A DNA stretch of 63,577 nucleotides, the filler included, from Octopus bimaculoides (Eukaryota): assembly GCF_001194135.2 (NCBI RefSeq). It is 5 parts of 5 records of this genome, joined end to end, with 100 filler letters (N's around TTAATTAATTAA, not from the genome) between each part and the next. Parts side by side here need not be neighbours in the genome. Positions count along the whole stretch, not along the records: positions 1 to 16,029 come from NC_068984.1; 4 more parts are not named here. The stretch is one strand, 5' to 3'. Shown here piece after piece: positions 1 through 15,134 of the stretch (its first letter is position 1; each line of letters begins with the position of its first letter). The notes below the pieces were generated by a model, which saw nothing but the letters and a program-made list of their open reading frames with translations, was not told the DNA's origin and searched no databases. Position numbers and translations under genes: made by a program.

Positions 1-50
<50 letters not shown>

Positions 51-624
51 GCACAATTATATATACATACATATATACATACATATATACATGCATATAC
101 ATACATATATATATGCATATACATACTGTGTGTATATCTGTATACAAGTATATATACTTGTACATACAATTCCTTTTGTGTGCGTGTATGTGCATATATA
201 AATGTATGTGTGTGTGGGTGTGCTCGTATAGATGTATGTATAAACACTCAAAAAGGTGGCGTAGATTACGTAATCAGATTTGCAAGCTAATAAATCTTGT
301 ACTGTGGAATATATTACATCCAAGTTTCAAATATTCTTATACTTTTGTATGGAAAATCCTGAGGAATGGGAAGTCCCCTCCCAGCACTTTTACACATATT
401 TATGTAGAGTAATTTGAACAACACATAGCTTGCAGATATACAGAAGAATATAAACTGTTTAGGAACCATAACTATTGACCTAAGAAAAATACTAATAGCA
501 AACTTGCTTCATAATAGAAATTTAATTGTGTTAGTGTCTTCTATTTTCACGTAAGTAAAATCCACAAGGGCTGCAGGCAAAATGTTGTTTGTTACATTTC
601 TATATATTTATAGAGCACTCCATG

Positions 625-934
625 GGTTACGACGACGAGGCTCCCAGCTGATCCGATCAATGGAACAGCCTGCTCGTGAAATTAACGTGCAAGTGGCTGA
701 GCAATCCACAGACACGTGTACCCTTAACGTAGTTCTCAGGGAGATTCAGCGTGACACAGTGTGACAAGGCCGGCCCTTTGAAATACAAGTACTACTAATT
801 TTTGCCAGCTGAATGGACTAGAGCAATGTGAAATAAACTGTCTTGCTCAAGGGCACAACGCGTCGCCGGGAATTGAACTCACGACCTTACAATCGCGAGC
901 CGAATGCCCTAACCACTAAGCCACGCGCCTTCAC
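625..934 (-). mobile_element. tRNA-derived SINE, OR-like family
   Basis: Minus strand GGCGCGTGGCTTAGTGGTTAGGGC...GAGTTCAATTCC; 3' body shared with 50661-51048. Confidence 0.88.
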
Positions 935-2052
935 TATATGTTTATACTCTTATGCATTATATATTTTTTCTTGAGCAGATAGCCACCAAAATATTGAGTG
1001 CTACTGTAATTTCTTTTATTCGGAAGAGAAGGAGGAGCAGAGCCCATAGCTTTTGAAGATCTTCCTACGATACTGAGATCACTACATTTGATGTTCAGTC
1101 CTCTGTTTATAGAAGCTCTGCACATCCGTATCGAGGTTAACAGGTTTCGCATGTATAACACCTTTATTCAGAAAGTATGAGTGATTCTGCATAGATCTGT
1201 GCGAGTGCGTGCGCATGTATGTGTATATATACACACGCATACATATATATATACTTATGTATGTATGTATGTATGTATGTATGTATGTATGTATGTATGT
1301 GTGTGTGTATGTACGTGTGTGCGCCTGTGTGTGTGAATGTTAGTATACGTGCGTCAGAATGTTAAGTCCGTCTATCTGTCTGGGTATATGTAGTTGCAGC
1401 ACTGTGTGCATGTTAAGTATGTCTGTGTATGTGTAAGGCGTTTTAACATGTCACATAAGAATGTGTAGGAACATATTATCTTCAAAAGAAAAGAAATGAA
1501 TGCGCGCGCAAATGTTTGTATTAGAAATGTATAGATGGATGCGTGTAGAAGACATTACATTCTGTGGTTACTATGTTGCAGATGAGAGAGAATTGTGTTA
1601 GACGTCATTAAATGGAATAAACTTTTAAAAAGAAACTTCCAGTTCTGGAGATGAGAAACCGATTGAGGTGATCAATATAAATGGGAGTTGCTCACGCCAG
1701 ACAAGGTTGTGCGTTTCGCTACTATCAAGAGAAACAGCATCGTTTTTCGTCAAGTTCTTAAAAGCCAAGACACGATTGGTGGGGAGTTTAGGTTTGACTC
1801 ACCAACATTCATATTGGGGAATCTGAGATAGGGAAAGAAAGAGAGGGGACAGCAAAGAAAAAAGACAGAAAGAAATATAGCGAGGGAAAGAGGGAGGAAA
1901 GAGGCAGCCATTTCAGAAAAAGTGGTTGTTTATCATTGCTGTCACTGCATTTGCTGCAAAGAAGGTTTAGTGGGGGTGGAGGGTGTGGCTGACATGTTCA
2001 GAGACATTACTCTTTTTGCAAATGGGACATGATATGGCGTCTTCTTAGATAT

Positions 2053-2241
2053 AGCCGGAGGCGTGGCTGTGTGGTAAGTAGCTTGCTACCCAACCACATG
2101 GTTCCCCGTACAGGCTCACTGTGTGAACCCTTGGGCAAGTGTCTTCTACTATAGCCATGGGCCGACCAAAGCCTTGTGAGTGGATTTGGTAGGCGGAAAC
2201 TGATTGAAGCCCGTCGTATATATATATATATATATATATAC

Positions 2242-2289
<48 letters not shown>

Positions 2290-2517
2290 GTGTGTGCCCG
2301 TCTTTGTTTCTCCACCATAGTTTGACAATCAATACAGGTGTGTTTAGGTCCCTATAATGTCGCGGTTCGGCAAAACAAACCGATAAAATAAGTAAAAGGC
2401 TTACAAAGAATAAACCCTGGGATCGATCCCTCCGACTAAAACCTTTAAAGGCGGTGCTCCAACATGGTTGCAATCAAATGACTGAAGCAAGTAAAAAATA
2501 AAAAAAAATAAAAGAAT
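2053..2517 (+). mobile_element. Octopus-type tRNA SINE family A (internal (AT)n/(GT)n microsatellite)
   Basis: A-box TGGCTGTGTGG, B-box-like GGTTC, shared body, tail ending AAAGAATA. Confidence 0.85.
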
Positions 2518-3095
2518 ATGGATAAGTATTTGAACAGATAAAAAGTAAAAAACATACTGCTAACAAAGAAAGATGCCCTCGACAGAAGTGATCTTGTTGA
2601 AATGAAAGAATGAGTGGAGTTGTTGTTAATCCTATATAAGCATCGATGTAACTGTCACATAATCAATATCTCCTCCTCCGTGACCATCTCGTCTTTTTTT
2701 TTGGTATCTATCACTACATTATCTAACGAGTCCCTTCCTTATTGAGACAATAGAGTTTAAGTTTTTGAGAGTTTTATGTCACACATGCTAGCAGCACGAT
2801 GGAATACATAAAAAGTGACACGTTAGTTCGTTACTCTGCCAATTTGAGGTGTTATCTCCCTTGTACACTGCGTGTATGCAGTGAGACTTTGAGGTGTCTG
2901 CATGTGTACACGTTGTGTGACGTGGGAAGCAAAATGAGCAGCAAATGTGGCTTTTACAACAAGAATGATCCTTACAAATCAATATTGGTTGAAAAGCACT
3001 AAGAAATATTCTGTGAAGCTGAATAGAAACCTCGACAAAAGACTGGATGGTAGAGTTTTGCTTTGAAGAGTAGGGAAACTTAAACTTTATAGATA

Positions 3096-3527
3096 TAGGT
3101 GGAGGCGTGGTAGTGTGGTAAGAAGTTCGCTTCTCAACCACATGGCTCCGGGTTCAGTCCCACCGCGTGGCAACTTGGGCAAGTGTCTTCTACTATAGCT
3201 CCAGATCGACTAAAGCCTTGTGAATGGATTTAGTAGAAAATCAAAGAAGCCTGTCCTACATACATTCATTCATAGATGCATACATACACACATACAAACA
3301 AACAGATATATATGTATATATGTCTCATGTCTTCGCGTTTGTGTCATAATTGTCCCCTCACCACTGCTTGATAATCGTTGTTAGTTTGTCAACGTCCACT
3401 TACCTTAGCGTTTCAGCCAAATAGATCGATAGCAAAAGTACCGGGCCTTAAGAAAGTTCTATGATCAATTCGTTCTACTAAATTCCTATGAAGTCGTTGC
3501 TCCAGCATGGCCGAAGTCCAATGACTG
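3096..3527 (+). mobile_element. SINE family A, diverged copy
   Basis: Same head/body/tail order as 7189-7618. Confidence 0.8.
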
Positions 3528-3568
3528 CGCGCGTGTATGTGTTTGTGTGTGTATGAATGCGTGTTGAT

Positions 3569-3603
<35 letters not shown>

Positions 3604-5798
3604 NNNNNNNNNNNNNNNNNNNNNNNNNNNNNNNNNNNNNNNNNNNNNNNNNNNNNNNNNNNNNNNNNNNNNNNNNNNNNNNNNNNNNNNNNNNNNNNNN
3701 NNNNNNNNNNNNNNNNNNNNNNNNNNNNNNNNNNNNNNNNNNNNNNNNNNNNNNNNNNNNNNNNNNNNNNNNNNNNNNNNNNNNNNNNNNNNNNNNNNNN
3801 NNNNNNNNNNNNNNNNNNNNNNNNNNNNNNNNNNNNNNNNNNNNNNNNNNNNNNNNNNNNNNNNNNNNNNNNNNNNNNNNNNNNNNNNNNNNNNNNNNNN
3901 NNNNNNNNNNNNNNNNNNNNNNNNNNNNNNNNNNNNNNNNNNNNNNNNNNNNNNNNNNNNNNNNNNNNNNNNNNNNNNNNNNNNNNNNNNNNNNNNNNNN
4001 NNNNNNNNNNNNNNNNNNNNNNNNNNNNNNNNNNNNNNNNNNNNNNNNNNNTATATATATATATATTTATATATATATATTTATATATCTAGATGTATAT
4101 GCGCGCGCGTATTTGTTTGTGTGTGTATGGATGCTGGTTGATATGCGTGTTGAGTGCAAGAAGTGCGAGAAATGTGAGTGCTAGAAAGTGTATAGTGATT
4201 GAGTAGTAAGTGATTTATTGAGTGCAGGAGTCACTGAATGGGTTAGAATATGAGTGAAAATAGTGATGGATAACTGGAAAGGAGAATATGATGAAGCATG
4301 CGAGTGATGGATAGTGTGTAACTGAATTTCCTGATAATATAGGTTATATATCAATATAATAAGGAAAACCCCATTAAAACATGACAAGCACAATATACGT
4401 TAAACTATGCCTAATGAATATTATAAAACTCATATCATTGAAATGTTTGAGAAAACTCCACCACACAGCCGTAGCTGATATATATATATATATATATANN
4501 NNNNNNNNNNNNNNNNNNNNNNNNNNNNNNNNNNNNNNNNNNNNNNNNNNNNNNNNNNNNNNNNNNNNNNNNNNNNNNNNNNNNNNNNNNNNNNNNNNNN
4601 NNNNNNNNNNNNNNNNNNNNNNNNNNNNNNNNNNNNNNNNNNNNNNNNNNNNNNNNNNNNNNNNNNNNNNNNNNNNNNNNNNNNNNNNNNNNNNNNNNNN
4701 NNNNNNNNNNNNNNNNNNNNNNNNNNNNNNNNNNNNNNNNNNNNNNNNNNNNNNNNNNNNNNNNNNNNNNNNNNNNNNNNNNNNNNNNNNNNNNNNNNNN
4801 NNNNNNNNNNNNNNNNNNNNNNNNNNNNNNNNNNNNNNNNNNNNNNNNNNNNNNNNNNNNNNNNNNNNNNNNNNNNNNNNNNNNNNNNNNNNNNNNNNNN
4901 NNNNNNNNNNNNNNNNNNNNNNNNNNNNNNNNNNNNNNNNNNNNNNNNNNNNNNNNNNNNNNNNNNNNNNNNNNNNNNNNNNNNNNNNNNNNNNNNNNNN
5001 NNNNNNNNNNNNNNNNNNNNNNNNNNNNNNNNNNNNNNNNNNNNNNNNNNNNNNNNNNNNNNNNNNNNNNNNNNNNNNNNNNNNNNNNNNNNNNNNNNNN
5101 NNNNNNNNNNNNNNNNNNNNNNNNNNNNNNNNNNNNNNNNNNNNNNNTATATATATTTAGAGAGAGAGGAGGAGGAGAAAGAAAGAGAGAAAGAGAGAGA
5201 GATTAGTATTATATAAATACATGTCTATACTCACATATTTGTGCACACATATTATTTATTCCAGTAATGGAAAGTTTGCTGTCTGAGAAATATTTAGAAC
5301 GTAAACACATACCTAATATTGTTTTCTTCTTCAGTCAACAATATTAACTCCCAGAAGGGCATGATTTGGCACAATACGAGGCAATATACTGTAGGACAGT
5401 ATCACATGTTTATAAATCGTTGGTCTCATTGATTTTTACCATTAATTTTCATAGATAGGATAACAATCATCTACTTGATCGTGCAATAAGCTATGATCTT
5501 GAGAAACATTTGCCTACTATTTCTGGCAAATTAAGCACTGACGTGGAGGCTTCCTTGTAATGTTTATAATATTAGCGTAATTAAGAGTGTTACAAGTTGA
5601 ACAAACTATACATAGGAAGTTGACAGAGGTTTGCAGCGGTGAACATGTATGTCTGGGTCAATAAACCTTGCAAACATCTCTATGATTTATAAAAAAGAGA
5701 ATTTCAAATTAGCAATTATTCATATAACAATACAACTAACTTTATTAAAAAGGAAAATAGATAATATAATATATAGTGTAATGGTATACAAAGATGAA

Positions 5799-5851
<53 letters not shown>

Positions 5852-6683
5852 TAAACGAGACAAAGCAATCCCGGGTCTCACTTTCGTGAGGTGGTTGTAT
5901 GTATATACGTATGTATGTATGTATGTTTGTATATATATATATATATATACATACTCACAAGCATATAAATATATGGGTACATAAATGTGTGTAAATGCAT
6001 GCGAGTGTATATGTGTATGTATAAATACAAATGAAAGATGAAACGAGGCAAATAGATTTTCAATAATTTAAAAATTATTCACACAATAAACACAGCTTGA
6101 TATTTATCTATAAAAATGAGACAATCAACAATATATATATANNNNNNNNNNNNNNNNNNNNNNNNNNNNNNNNNNNNNNNNNNNNNNNNNNNNNNNNNNN
6201 NNNNNNNNNNNNNNNNNNNNNNNNNNNNNNNNNNNNNNNNNNNNNNNNNNNNNNNNNNNNNNNNNNNNNNNNNNNNNNNNNNNNNNNNNNNNNNNNNNNN
6301 NNNNNNNNNNNNNNNNNNNNNNNNNNNNNNNNNNNNNNNNNNNNNNNNNNNNNNNNNNNNNNNNNNNNNNNNNNNNNNNNNNNNNNNNNNNNNNNNNNNN
6401 NNNNNNNNNNNNNNNNNNNNNNNNNNNNNNNNNNNNNNNNNNNNNNNNNNNNNNNNNNNNNNNNNNNNNNNNNNNNNNNNNNNNNNNNNNNNNNNNNNNN
6501 NNNNNNNNNNNNNNNNNNNNNNNNNNNNNNNNNNNNNNNNNNNNNNNNNNNNNNNNNNNNNNNNNNNNNNNNNNNNNNNNNNNNNNNNNNNNNNNNNNNN
6601 NNNNNNNNNNNNNNNNNNNNNNNNNNNNNNNNNNNNNNNNNNNNNNNNNNNNNNNNNNNNNNNNNNNNNNNNNNNNNNNNNNN

Positions 6684-6745
<62 letters not shown>

Positions 6746-7188
6746 TGGCTGCTGCTACGTAATCTTAAGCTGAATGAATTAATGAAGTTCATAAACGTGG
6801 TAAATTTGATATAATCTCATCTAATGATTGAAAGATTATTCAAATAATTCTGTTAAGGACATCAATGAAGACCAGCTACGTGAAGCTGATCCTTTCTATC
6901 CATGTGTGATGACTATGAAAAGGCACCTCCCAATAAAGGGGGTATCGGCCTGTTCGACTTTGCAAGAGATCATGAGGACTTTCACTTCGGAAAATTCAGT
7001 GATCCCCAAGCCTTGATTATATCTTGCAGATGGTTTTCGGAAATCCATGAAATATCTCTCGCGGATTACAATAACATATTTTCTCATTAAATTGAATTGT
7101 TTTTGGAAGTTCAAGGTCATGGGAAATAAAATTCAGCTCACGTGTATCAGAAAATGTCATACATTATAAAATACCTATGTACACACAT

Positions 7189-7358
7189 AGGCGCAGGGGT
7201 GGCTGTGTGGTAAGTAGCTTGCCTACCAGCCACATGGTTCCGGGTTCAGTCCCACTGCGTGGCATCTTGGGCAAGTGTCTTCTACTATAGCCTCGGGCCG
7301 ACCAAAGCCTTGTGTGGATTTGGTAGACGGAAACTGAAAGAAACCCGTCGTATATATG

Positions 7359-7416
<58 letters not shown>

Positions 7417-7618
7417 TGCCTGTGTTTGTCCCCCTAGCATTGACAACTGATGCTGGTGTGTTTATGTCCCCGTAACTTAGCGGTTCGGCAAAAGAGACCG
7501 ATAGAATAAATACTAGGCTTACAAAGAATAAGTCCTGGGGTCGATATGCTCGACTAAAGGCGGTGCTCCAGCATGGCCGCAGTCAAATGACTGAAACTAA
7601 TAAAAGAGTAAAAGAGTA
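7189..7618 (+). mobile_element. SINE family A, full-length
   Basis: AGGCGCAGGGGTGGCTGTGTGG...GGTTCAGTCCC...GGCGGTGCTCCAGCATGGCCGCAGTCAAATGACTGAAAC, (AAAAGAGT)n tail. Confidence 0.92.
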
Positions 7619-8479
7619 ACTACAGAACATCTCTCCAGATTACATGATAATATGAGCTACAGATTAGCTGATCTGATCAATCCAGATAGGCAAGATGACC
7701 GTCTCTTGCTAATGGTCATGAAAAATGAAGATTGTAAAGCTCATCCATTCTTCAAAATAAAATATAAATATATTGAACAAAACATACTTCACATGACTAT
7801 ATCGCCCAAATTGTCGCTAAATATAAATTCATTCAGCTGGTAACTTGTCTTCCTTAACAACATACTTACTTGAATCTGCCTTTGGTGCTGTTATGTATAT
7901 GTTGATTAAAAACAGCGACGTCGTAATTTTTGTGAGCATAGTGAACTTCAAGCAAAACTAACAAAATTTACTTTACAAATTTCTTCTCTAATTTCTCTAC
8001 TCGTAAGCCCAAATGGTTACTAAATCAAATAGAAGTTTTGTATTACGAGAATTTCGTCATTATCTTCATTTTCTTTCTTTTAAAAACACTTCATAAAGTG
8101 CTTTCGACCTTTTCAGTAAAATATTTGAACATTAAATCAAGCGAAAATTTTATTATCCGTTAAAATAAGGATGTCTTTTTTTTTTACTTTGATTGCAATT
8201 AGTAAAGGAATTGAGTTTAATAAATTGCTTCAATAATTGCCACTGTAAAAGTACAATAGCGAAAATATTATTTGATAGCAAATCCAAATTGAGGAAAAAA
8301 CACAAAAAAACTTAGGATTTCAAGGGAGAATGTGATCTGAGACTCTGAGAAGCTCTGATGTCGATGCTGTCTCTTGCTGCTTGCTATTGTTCATGTTAGT
8401 CCACGGATAATTATTAATGTAGTGGACTAATCCGAAATGGCACAAGCATTCAAATACTCTACTGGAGTGTTATGGTGTT

Positions 8480-8700
8480 TATTTGGTTAAGATAACAAGA
8501 CTGAATCAAAAGTCCTTTCGGATTTTCACTGCCAATGAACGTGTGACAAAAGTCTGGTTCAGATGTTTCAAGGAAGGATACCAGCCTCGAAGACAAACCA
8601 ATATCTCATTTCAACCATCTACCTCAGTATGATAGAAGCTGCGAATCGAACTTATTAAAGAAGACCATAAATATTTTGCTGCTACTTCAAAGCAAGCAGG
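8480..8700 (+). pseudogene. mariner transposase N-terminal HTH remnant
   Basis: VTKVWFRCFKEG/TSLEDKP with a frameshift, matching the WFxxFKxGxxSLEDxPR pattern. Confidence 0.5.
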
Positions 8701-9442
8701 TTGCATGACCGTGTTTCAGGTAGATGTGTGAAATGAGCAACTGCAGAGTGTTCCAGGTTGAGTCAAAACTTATTTAACTAAGTGTTCTTGCTTTACCATT
8801 GCCTTATGTTGGATAATATCCTATGAGTGGAATTTGATAGACAGAATCTACGCGAAAGTCCGTCGTATACACACGTTTTAACACAAAGGAGAAGTGTAGT
8901 TAAGCATATACATACATACATGCATACATACATACATACATACATACACACAGATACGCATACATACATATGTATGTACATACGTATACATATACGTGTG
9001 TGTATGTACATAAGTGCATGTTTATATATATATGGATGTATGTGTTTATCTTTGGTTGACGTATATCAGTGAGAATGTAAAGGGCGGATCGCTGCGAGGA
9101 GGGTACTAAAATAAGAAACAATAATAAAAAAACAGCAACAGTGCTTTCAAACGGAGTTCTTTACTTAAGTTTACGACATTTCCTCGTTGCATTATGTTAC
9201 TTCATTGTGTTGAGCCATTGACAGGTTCATTGAAATTCTGATACCTACGAAACTATTCTTAAAAATAGAATAGTTACACAAATTATGTAGTCTCAAATAT
9301 AGAAACGACTACATTAGATAATATAGTCTCAGATAGCCAAATTATCATGGGGTAACTCGACCAAGGTTCACCTGGGGTTAAGCAGCAAAAATACCAACAC
9401 CTTCATCAACAACCATGTGTTAATAACAACTTCATCAACAAG

Positions 9443-9665
9443 GTGGCGAGCTGGCAGAAACGCTAGCACGCCGCGAGAAATGCTTTGCGGTATTTCGTCT
9501 GCTTTTGCGTTCTGAGTTCAAATTCTGTTGAGGTCGACTTTGCCTTTCATCCTTTCGAGGTCGATAAATTAAGTACCAGTTGCGTAGTGGAGTAGATTTA
9601 ATCGACTGGCCTACTCCCCCCCCCCAAATTTCGGTCCTTGTGCCTATAGCAGAAACGAATAACAA
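9443..9665 (+). mobile_element. SINE family C (GGTGGCGAGCTGGCAGAA head)
   Basis: Central GTCGACTTTGCCTTTCATCCTTTCGAGGTCGATAAATTAAGTACCAG block recurs at least 7 times in the window. Confidence 0.85.
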
Positions 9666-11504
9666 CTTCACTTAAGTTTTCTCTTTAGACCAAAATCTAC
9701 AAAGATTAAAGAAAGAACATTAAAGGGGTAAGATTGCAGAATTGAGTGTTTCTTTAATTTGCAGTCCTTCATTCAACTCTTCATACTGGTATAGTTTGGT
9801 GAAGTAAGAAAATCATCCACTTGAAGTACTTTTGTTAGACTACACGAACTTTTTAGAGGTGTCCCACTGGATTTGCTATCACATTCAACGTTTACTACTG
9901 TCTCATTACTGTTTACTCATGCTAGTTATTGCAACCATCTATTTTCTTCTGCGCTTCAATCACATACTCTCATTTCACATTTCATCTAATACTTGAAGTT
10001 ATTTATTGACAGATAGTAATTCTTTAGTGACTTCATTTCCGCTGTTCCATCTACTTTACCAACATTTCCTTCACCACATACGCTGTTTTGCCATCTCAAT
10101 AATTTTTCATTATTACTCGTTTAACTTTCTTTTTAGCAACTGGCTCACACAAGAATGTACTCTACCTACCAAATCCCAAACCGCTGCCTGCCGCCACCGC
10201 CACAGTAGCAGCAGTAGCAGTAACAACAACATATTTACAATAACCCCAGCAGCAGCAACAACTCAAGTTTTAAGAGCAGCTACAACACTAGCAAAACCTA
10301 CAAACCCAACAAAAGCGTATAAAAAAAAGAAGAAAAAAAATCTCAAAATGTAGTCGCAGTCGCCAACTCTATCGCCACTCTCTAGAACTTCGTAACTATC
10401 GGTACTAAGCCAAACACAGCACTTGTCAAACCTATACCGAAATCAGTCACAGCAAAGCACAAAACAAAACAATTCAAAACAAAAACAGAATCAAGAACAC
10501 CAAAAACAAAAATATAACAAAAGAACACATAAAATACACCACACGAAAAAGGAAATGTAATAAAACAACCAATGGCTGCCAAATCTAATCTCACACTTTC
10601 CCTTCCATAAACCAGAGAATTGTAGAATAACTCAACAGCAGTCATCCCAAACCCTCTTCCCATAGAATGCCATGATTAACAATCAAACCAACCCCTCAAG
10701 CACCGTTGCTTGACTGGTTACTATTGATTACCAGCCAATGAAAGAAATGGGATCAATAATTTTTTTCGTATCAGGTGGGCTGCAGTGGAAGGCATGATAA
10801 AGTACTAAACTAAAATGTTTTTTTCACTGTATGTAGTTTTAGTACCAATCTGTACGCTCTACGTTCCAATTCCAACCGAGAATTATTTTATTGTTCATCT
10901 TAAACAGCAGGTGTTATATCGTTCTGCGAATGAATTTATTCAACAGAACTTACTCCATTACGAAATTGGTTTTCTGGTCGCATTAAAAAGTTGAAAAAAT
11001 TATGTAGTTGTGGTGGATGGTCAGTTGACATGACAAGTATGATATAACACTGGTCGAAAGTTATTGCAAGATTTAGCGTTGCATTCTTATATCACACGTT
11101 CAATTTCTACCGAGATCGATGTTGTTTTGCTTCGCTCTTCTTTCTACGATTAAAATAAATATCAGTCATACTGATTCAGTTTATAATAACAAAGTACGAA
11201 ATCAATAATTCAGCTATAGATAAGTACATATGGTAATGTAGGGAGAAAGGCGAAGTAACGTCGTTACCCAGTTTCAACCACCATCATCATCATCGTTCAA
11301 CATACACTTTTACCATGTTTGCATATGTCACACGAAATTCACCGAGGCAGATTTTCTTCGGTCGGGTGCCTTTCCTGCAGTCAACCCTCACCAGTTTCCA
11401 AGCAAGGTAATATTTTCACAGAGGAAATGAAACGAATAACATAACTTGTATGATGGAGATACTCGTTTACAATCACCACATGGTGTCAGGACAGCGGTAT
11501 ACAC

Positions 11505-11680
11505 CCCCCCCCCCAACACACACTGGGTTTCTTTCAGTTTTCATCTACCAAATCCACTCACAAGGCTTTAGTCAATCCTGGATTATAGTGGAAGTTGCTC
11601 GCCCAAAGTGCCGCGCAGAGGGGATTGAACCTGAAACTACATGGTTTCGAAGAAAGCTATTCAAATGCACAGCCACACCT
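11505..11680 (-). mobile_element. SINE family A, 5' half
   Basis: Reverse complement of the head, diverged. Confidence 0.7.
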
Positions 11681-12411
11681 ACGGCTCGGCTTGAACTAAT
11701 TTTTCTTCACTTATTTAATGATATTTTGGGTAGAAGATTAAACGTCACATAATCTCACAGCTCGTTCTATTAAAATTATAAAGCATTTGTGTGGAGCACA
11801 AAAGAAAACGAACATTTATGAATAATGAAATTTGGTAGGATGTAATAGTACGTGGAAGCAACAAATGCTTTATAGCTTTAGTTTCAATTCCCAACGTTTA
11901 ATATTCTGTCCCGTGTTGGGATTTCGTGTATGTATGTATGTATGTACTCATCTATATACATAAATATACATATACATATATGGTTATACAAGTTACTTAG
12001 TACTCAGTTGCTGTATAAACTACAACACCGCCGCTAATGTGTTAATACTACACGAAACGACTACCGAGTCACTAACCTGTGACAACACCTCACCTTACAA
12101 CATATGAACAAATACAATGAAGTAATGTTGCTGAATGAAACTATGCAGAGGCTTGTTTTGTAGTGGCGACAACTCCCTTCTAACATCCTGTCTGAGAACG
12201 TAAACCTGCGAAGGAAAAAACCTGAAGTCGCTTAGCGCAGCATCAGTAACATGTGACCTGTGCTGGTTAACAGAGGCATGACATCTAAAAGCCGTTTCGA
12301 ATCACGTTACACTTATCTAGATATCTAATGGGATGGGTTCGTTCTACGATCTCACGAAACAGTTGGCTATATGGAATCGTCAGCCTAATTCGTTTTGACT
12401 ACATACACACA

Positions 12412-12467
<56 letters not shown>

Positions 12468-13007
12468 AGCAATTTTTATCGCCACCTAAACGATAAGAAC
12501 AGGTAACTGCGATTTAAATCTCAGGAGGATGCCTCCTCCAACTGGTTATTCAGTGTGCTTCGCACTCGATAGATATTGTAAGCAGGGAGAGAACTCCCTA
12601 TTATTCTAGCTCGGAGACCATCATATTACGTGATTTCGATCTTATTTGATCATCCTCAGTGATGGATAGTCGTCTGCTAGACACAGCGGCACTCTACCCT
12701 ATATAAAAAGAGTGTCACATAGTCACTGGTGCGTACATTGTGTGTGCATATATATCTATATCTCTCTCTATATATATAATCAAGTAAAGGTAATAAACCT
12801 CATTAAGGTTTTATAGCCGTTATCTCAGCATGTATTTCTAATCGGTATATCTTTACTATCTCTGAAGAGATTCATCTTACAATGATTTTAATTTTATAAG
12901 TTAATTACCTAAATATTTCTGAATCGAAACAGCTGTCAGAGATGTTGTCATATTTTATAATTAATAAATGATTTTATTAATTGCCTCTCCATTTTCACTT
13001 TATTCTT

Positions 13008-13075
<68 letters not shown>

Positions 13076-13971
13076 CTCGTTTGTATGTATATGTATACAC
13101 ACATGTACATATGTATATACAAGATGAAATAAAAATGAAATACAACAGAATAGCTAAACCGATCCTGTTGATAGTCTTCGCCTTGCATTGTTAATCGTTA
13201 TAAGTAATTCATTTTGAAAAACGTTCGAAGTGCTGCTTCTCGTGTCACGTGTCTAGTATTAAATAAACGATAAAGAAACGTAAGCTTAAAATATATTAAA
13301 GTGTGGGATACATTTGCATACCTAGTCAATACCTGAAGCAGTGTATTCCGACTAACACTTGCCAAATATCATTTTCCAGTCTTTAATTATCTAAAATCCT
13401 CCGATGAATTTATAGAATCTCGGCCAACATTGCAAACATTCTTATAGCTTATTTTGGAAATTAAAATATACTCTGTTAAGCAATGCATAATAACGGGATG
13501 AGCTACGAAGTCTATGGGCTCAAATTCATTTCATTCATGTCACTAATCAAACCAACACCCCTGCCTCTCATTTCTCTCTCTATGTAACCCTCTCCCTCAT
13601 ATTGTCTTTTATATTACTGGCATGTAAAGGGACAGACAGAATTTAAGTGCTTTACAGGAAGCTTAGAATATCATCGATATTCAGACAGGAATATATAACG
13701 CAATATATATCACACTAGAACGCAGCGCTTGCAGTTTTACTAGATAAAGTAACGGCTATATCTTTTAATGAAGGAAACGCAGCTGTACATAAAGCAATAG
13801 ATATATTTTTTAATAAAGATAGCACAGCAGTAGATTCCTGGTGAGATTTACAAACAGGCATGGTGTTTAGGAAAATACATAACACTAGGAAGTAACAGAC
13901 GAGAAATTACAACACATGAGCTACTATAAAACTTGTATCTCTACTCAGCCATCAGGTTCTTCCTTCTTTCC

Positions 13972-14077
<106 letters not shown>

Positions 14078-15097
14078 GCAAGGATGTATGTATGAACAAA
14101 ATTTAGGTTAGTTAAAATATGTTCGTGACATATTTCAACTGCTAACAGGCAAATTCACGGCAGTTACTGTGCAGAGAATATTTCTCTTATCGTAAAAATG
14201 CATGCATGTATGTATGTATGTATGTATGTATGTATGTATGTATGTATGCTGTGCGTATGTAATGATATATGTAAATGTAAGAGCCAAAGATCCAGTTGTA
14301 GGAAGTTAGTAAGCTTCGAGCAGTCCCTAAAGGTTTAAAAAAACAACTTTCAGGAACAATAGTAGCTTATTGCCGTAGAAGGTTGTAAATGTTTTCCATC
14401 TCAAAATTCGATGTTATTTTACAGTTTGCCGTTAGCAACTAGGGTTGCTATGTATGGGAATAAAAATCTAGTTAAACGGAATGGAGCAGGTAAGATCCAG
14501 GAAACATTAGGTAGAAACGAACAACATTGCTTGTATGATGGTGATATTCGTTTGCAATCACCTTACAATCACTGTCCATCTTTCTTTTCCCGACGTGACC
14601 ATCTTTTTTTTTCCTACACGACCTTCTAGGGATAGGACGCCTTCTATCTCCCTCTTCTATCTTTTCTCCTTTCAAAGAAAATATTTCTTCCAGCGTTCAC
14701 TATTTTCCCCTTTGTTCTGATCTAACGACCGTCAATGTTTGTTTTTATTCGGTTTCCTTGTTTGTCTCCACTGTCCTGTTTTTGTTCCCAACTTTGACCC
14801 TCCATCAAATCCCAAATTTATTTTGGAAGTTATGGGAGCAACCGTCTTCGAAGACTCATATTGTCGTTGAATGCTCGAAATGAGGAGCCGATAACTGATG
14901 AAGGGTCGTTCTTTGTGTTACTTGTCCTGCTTTCAATCTTTTTTCTCTCGTTGTTTGCGTATTTAACTCGTTTGTTTTCGTACTCCATTTTTTTTACAGT
15001 TGGTGACGCCCTGTACCCATATATATATATATATATACGATAAGGTTCTTTTGCCACTATAACATGGCTATTCTATTATCTCATTTTATTTAGCATA

Positions 15098-15134
<37 letters not shown>

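Noticed and set aside
10190-10660. Strand-biased A/C-rich tract with ORFs
   Set aside because: Low complexity with no periodicity or motif I could define.
14830-15057. Charged minus-strand ORF resembling a last exon
   Set aside because: No polypyrimidine acceptor, no recognisable motif and no partner exons found.
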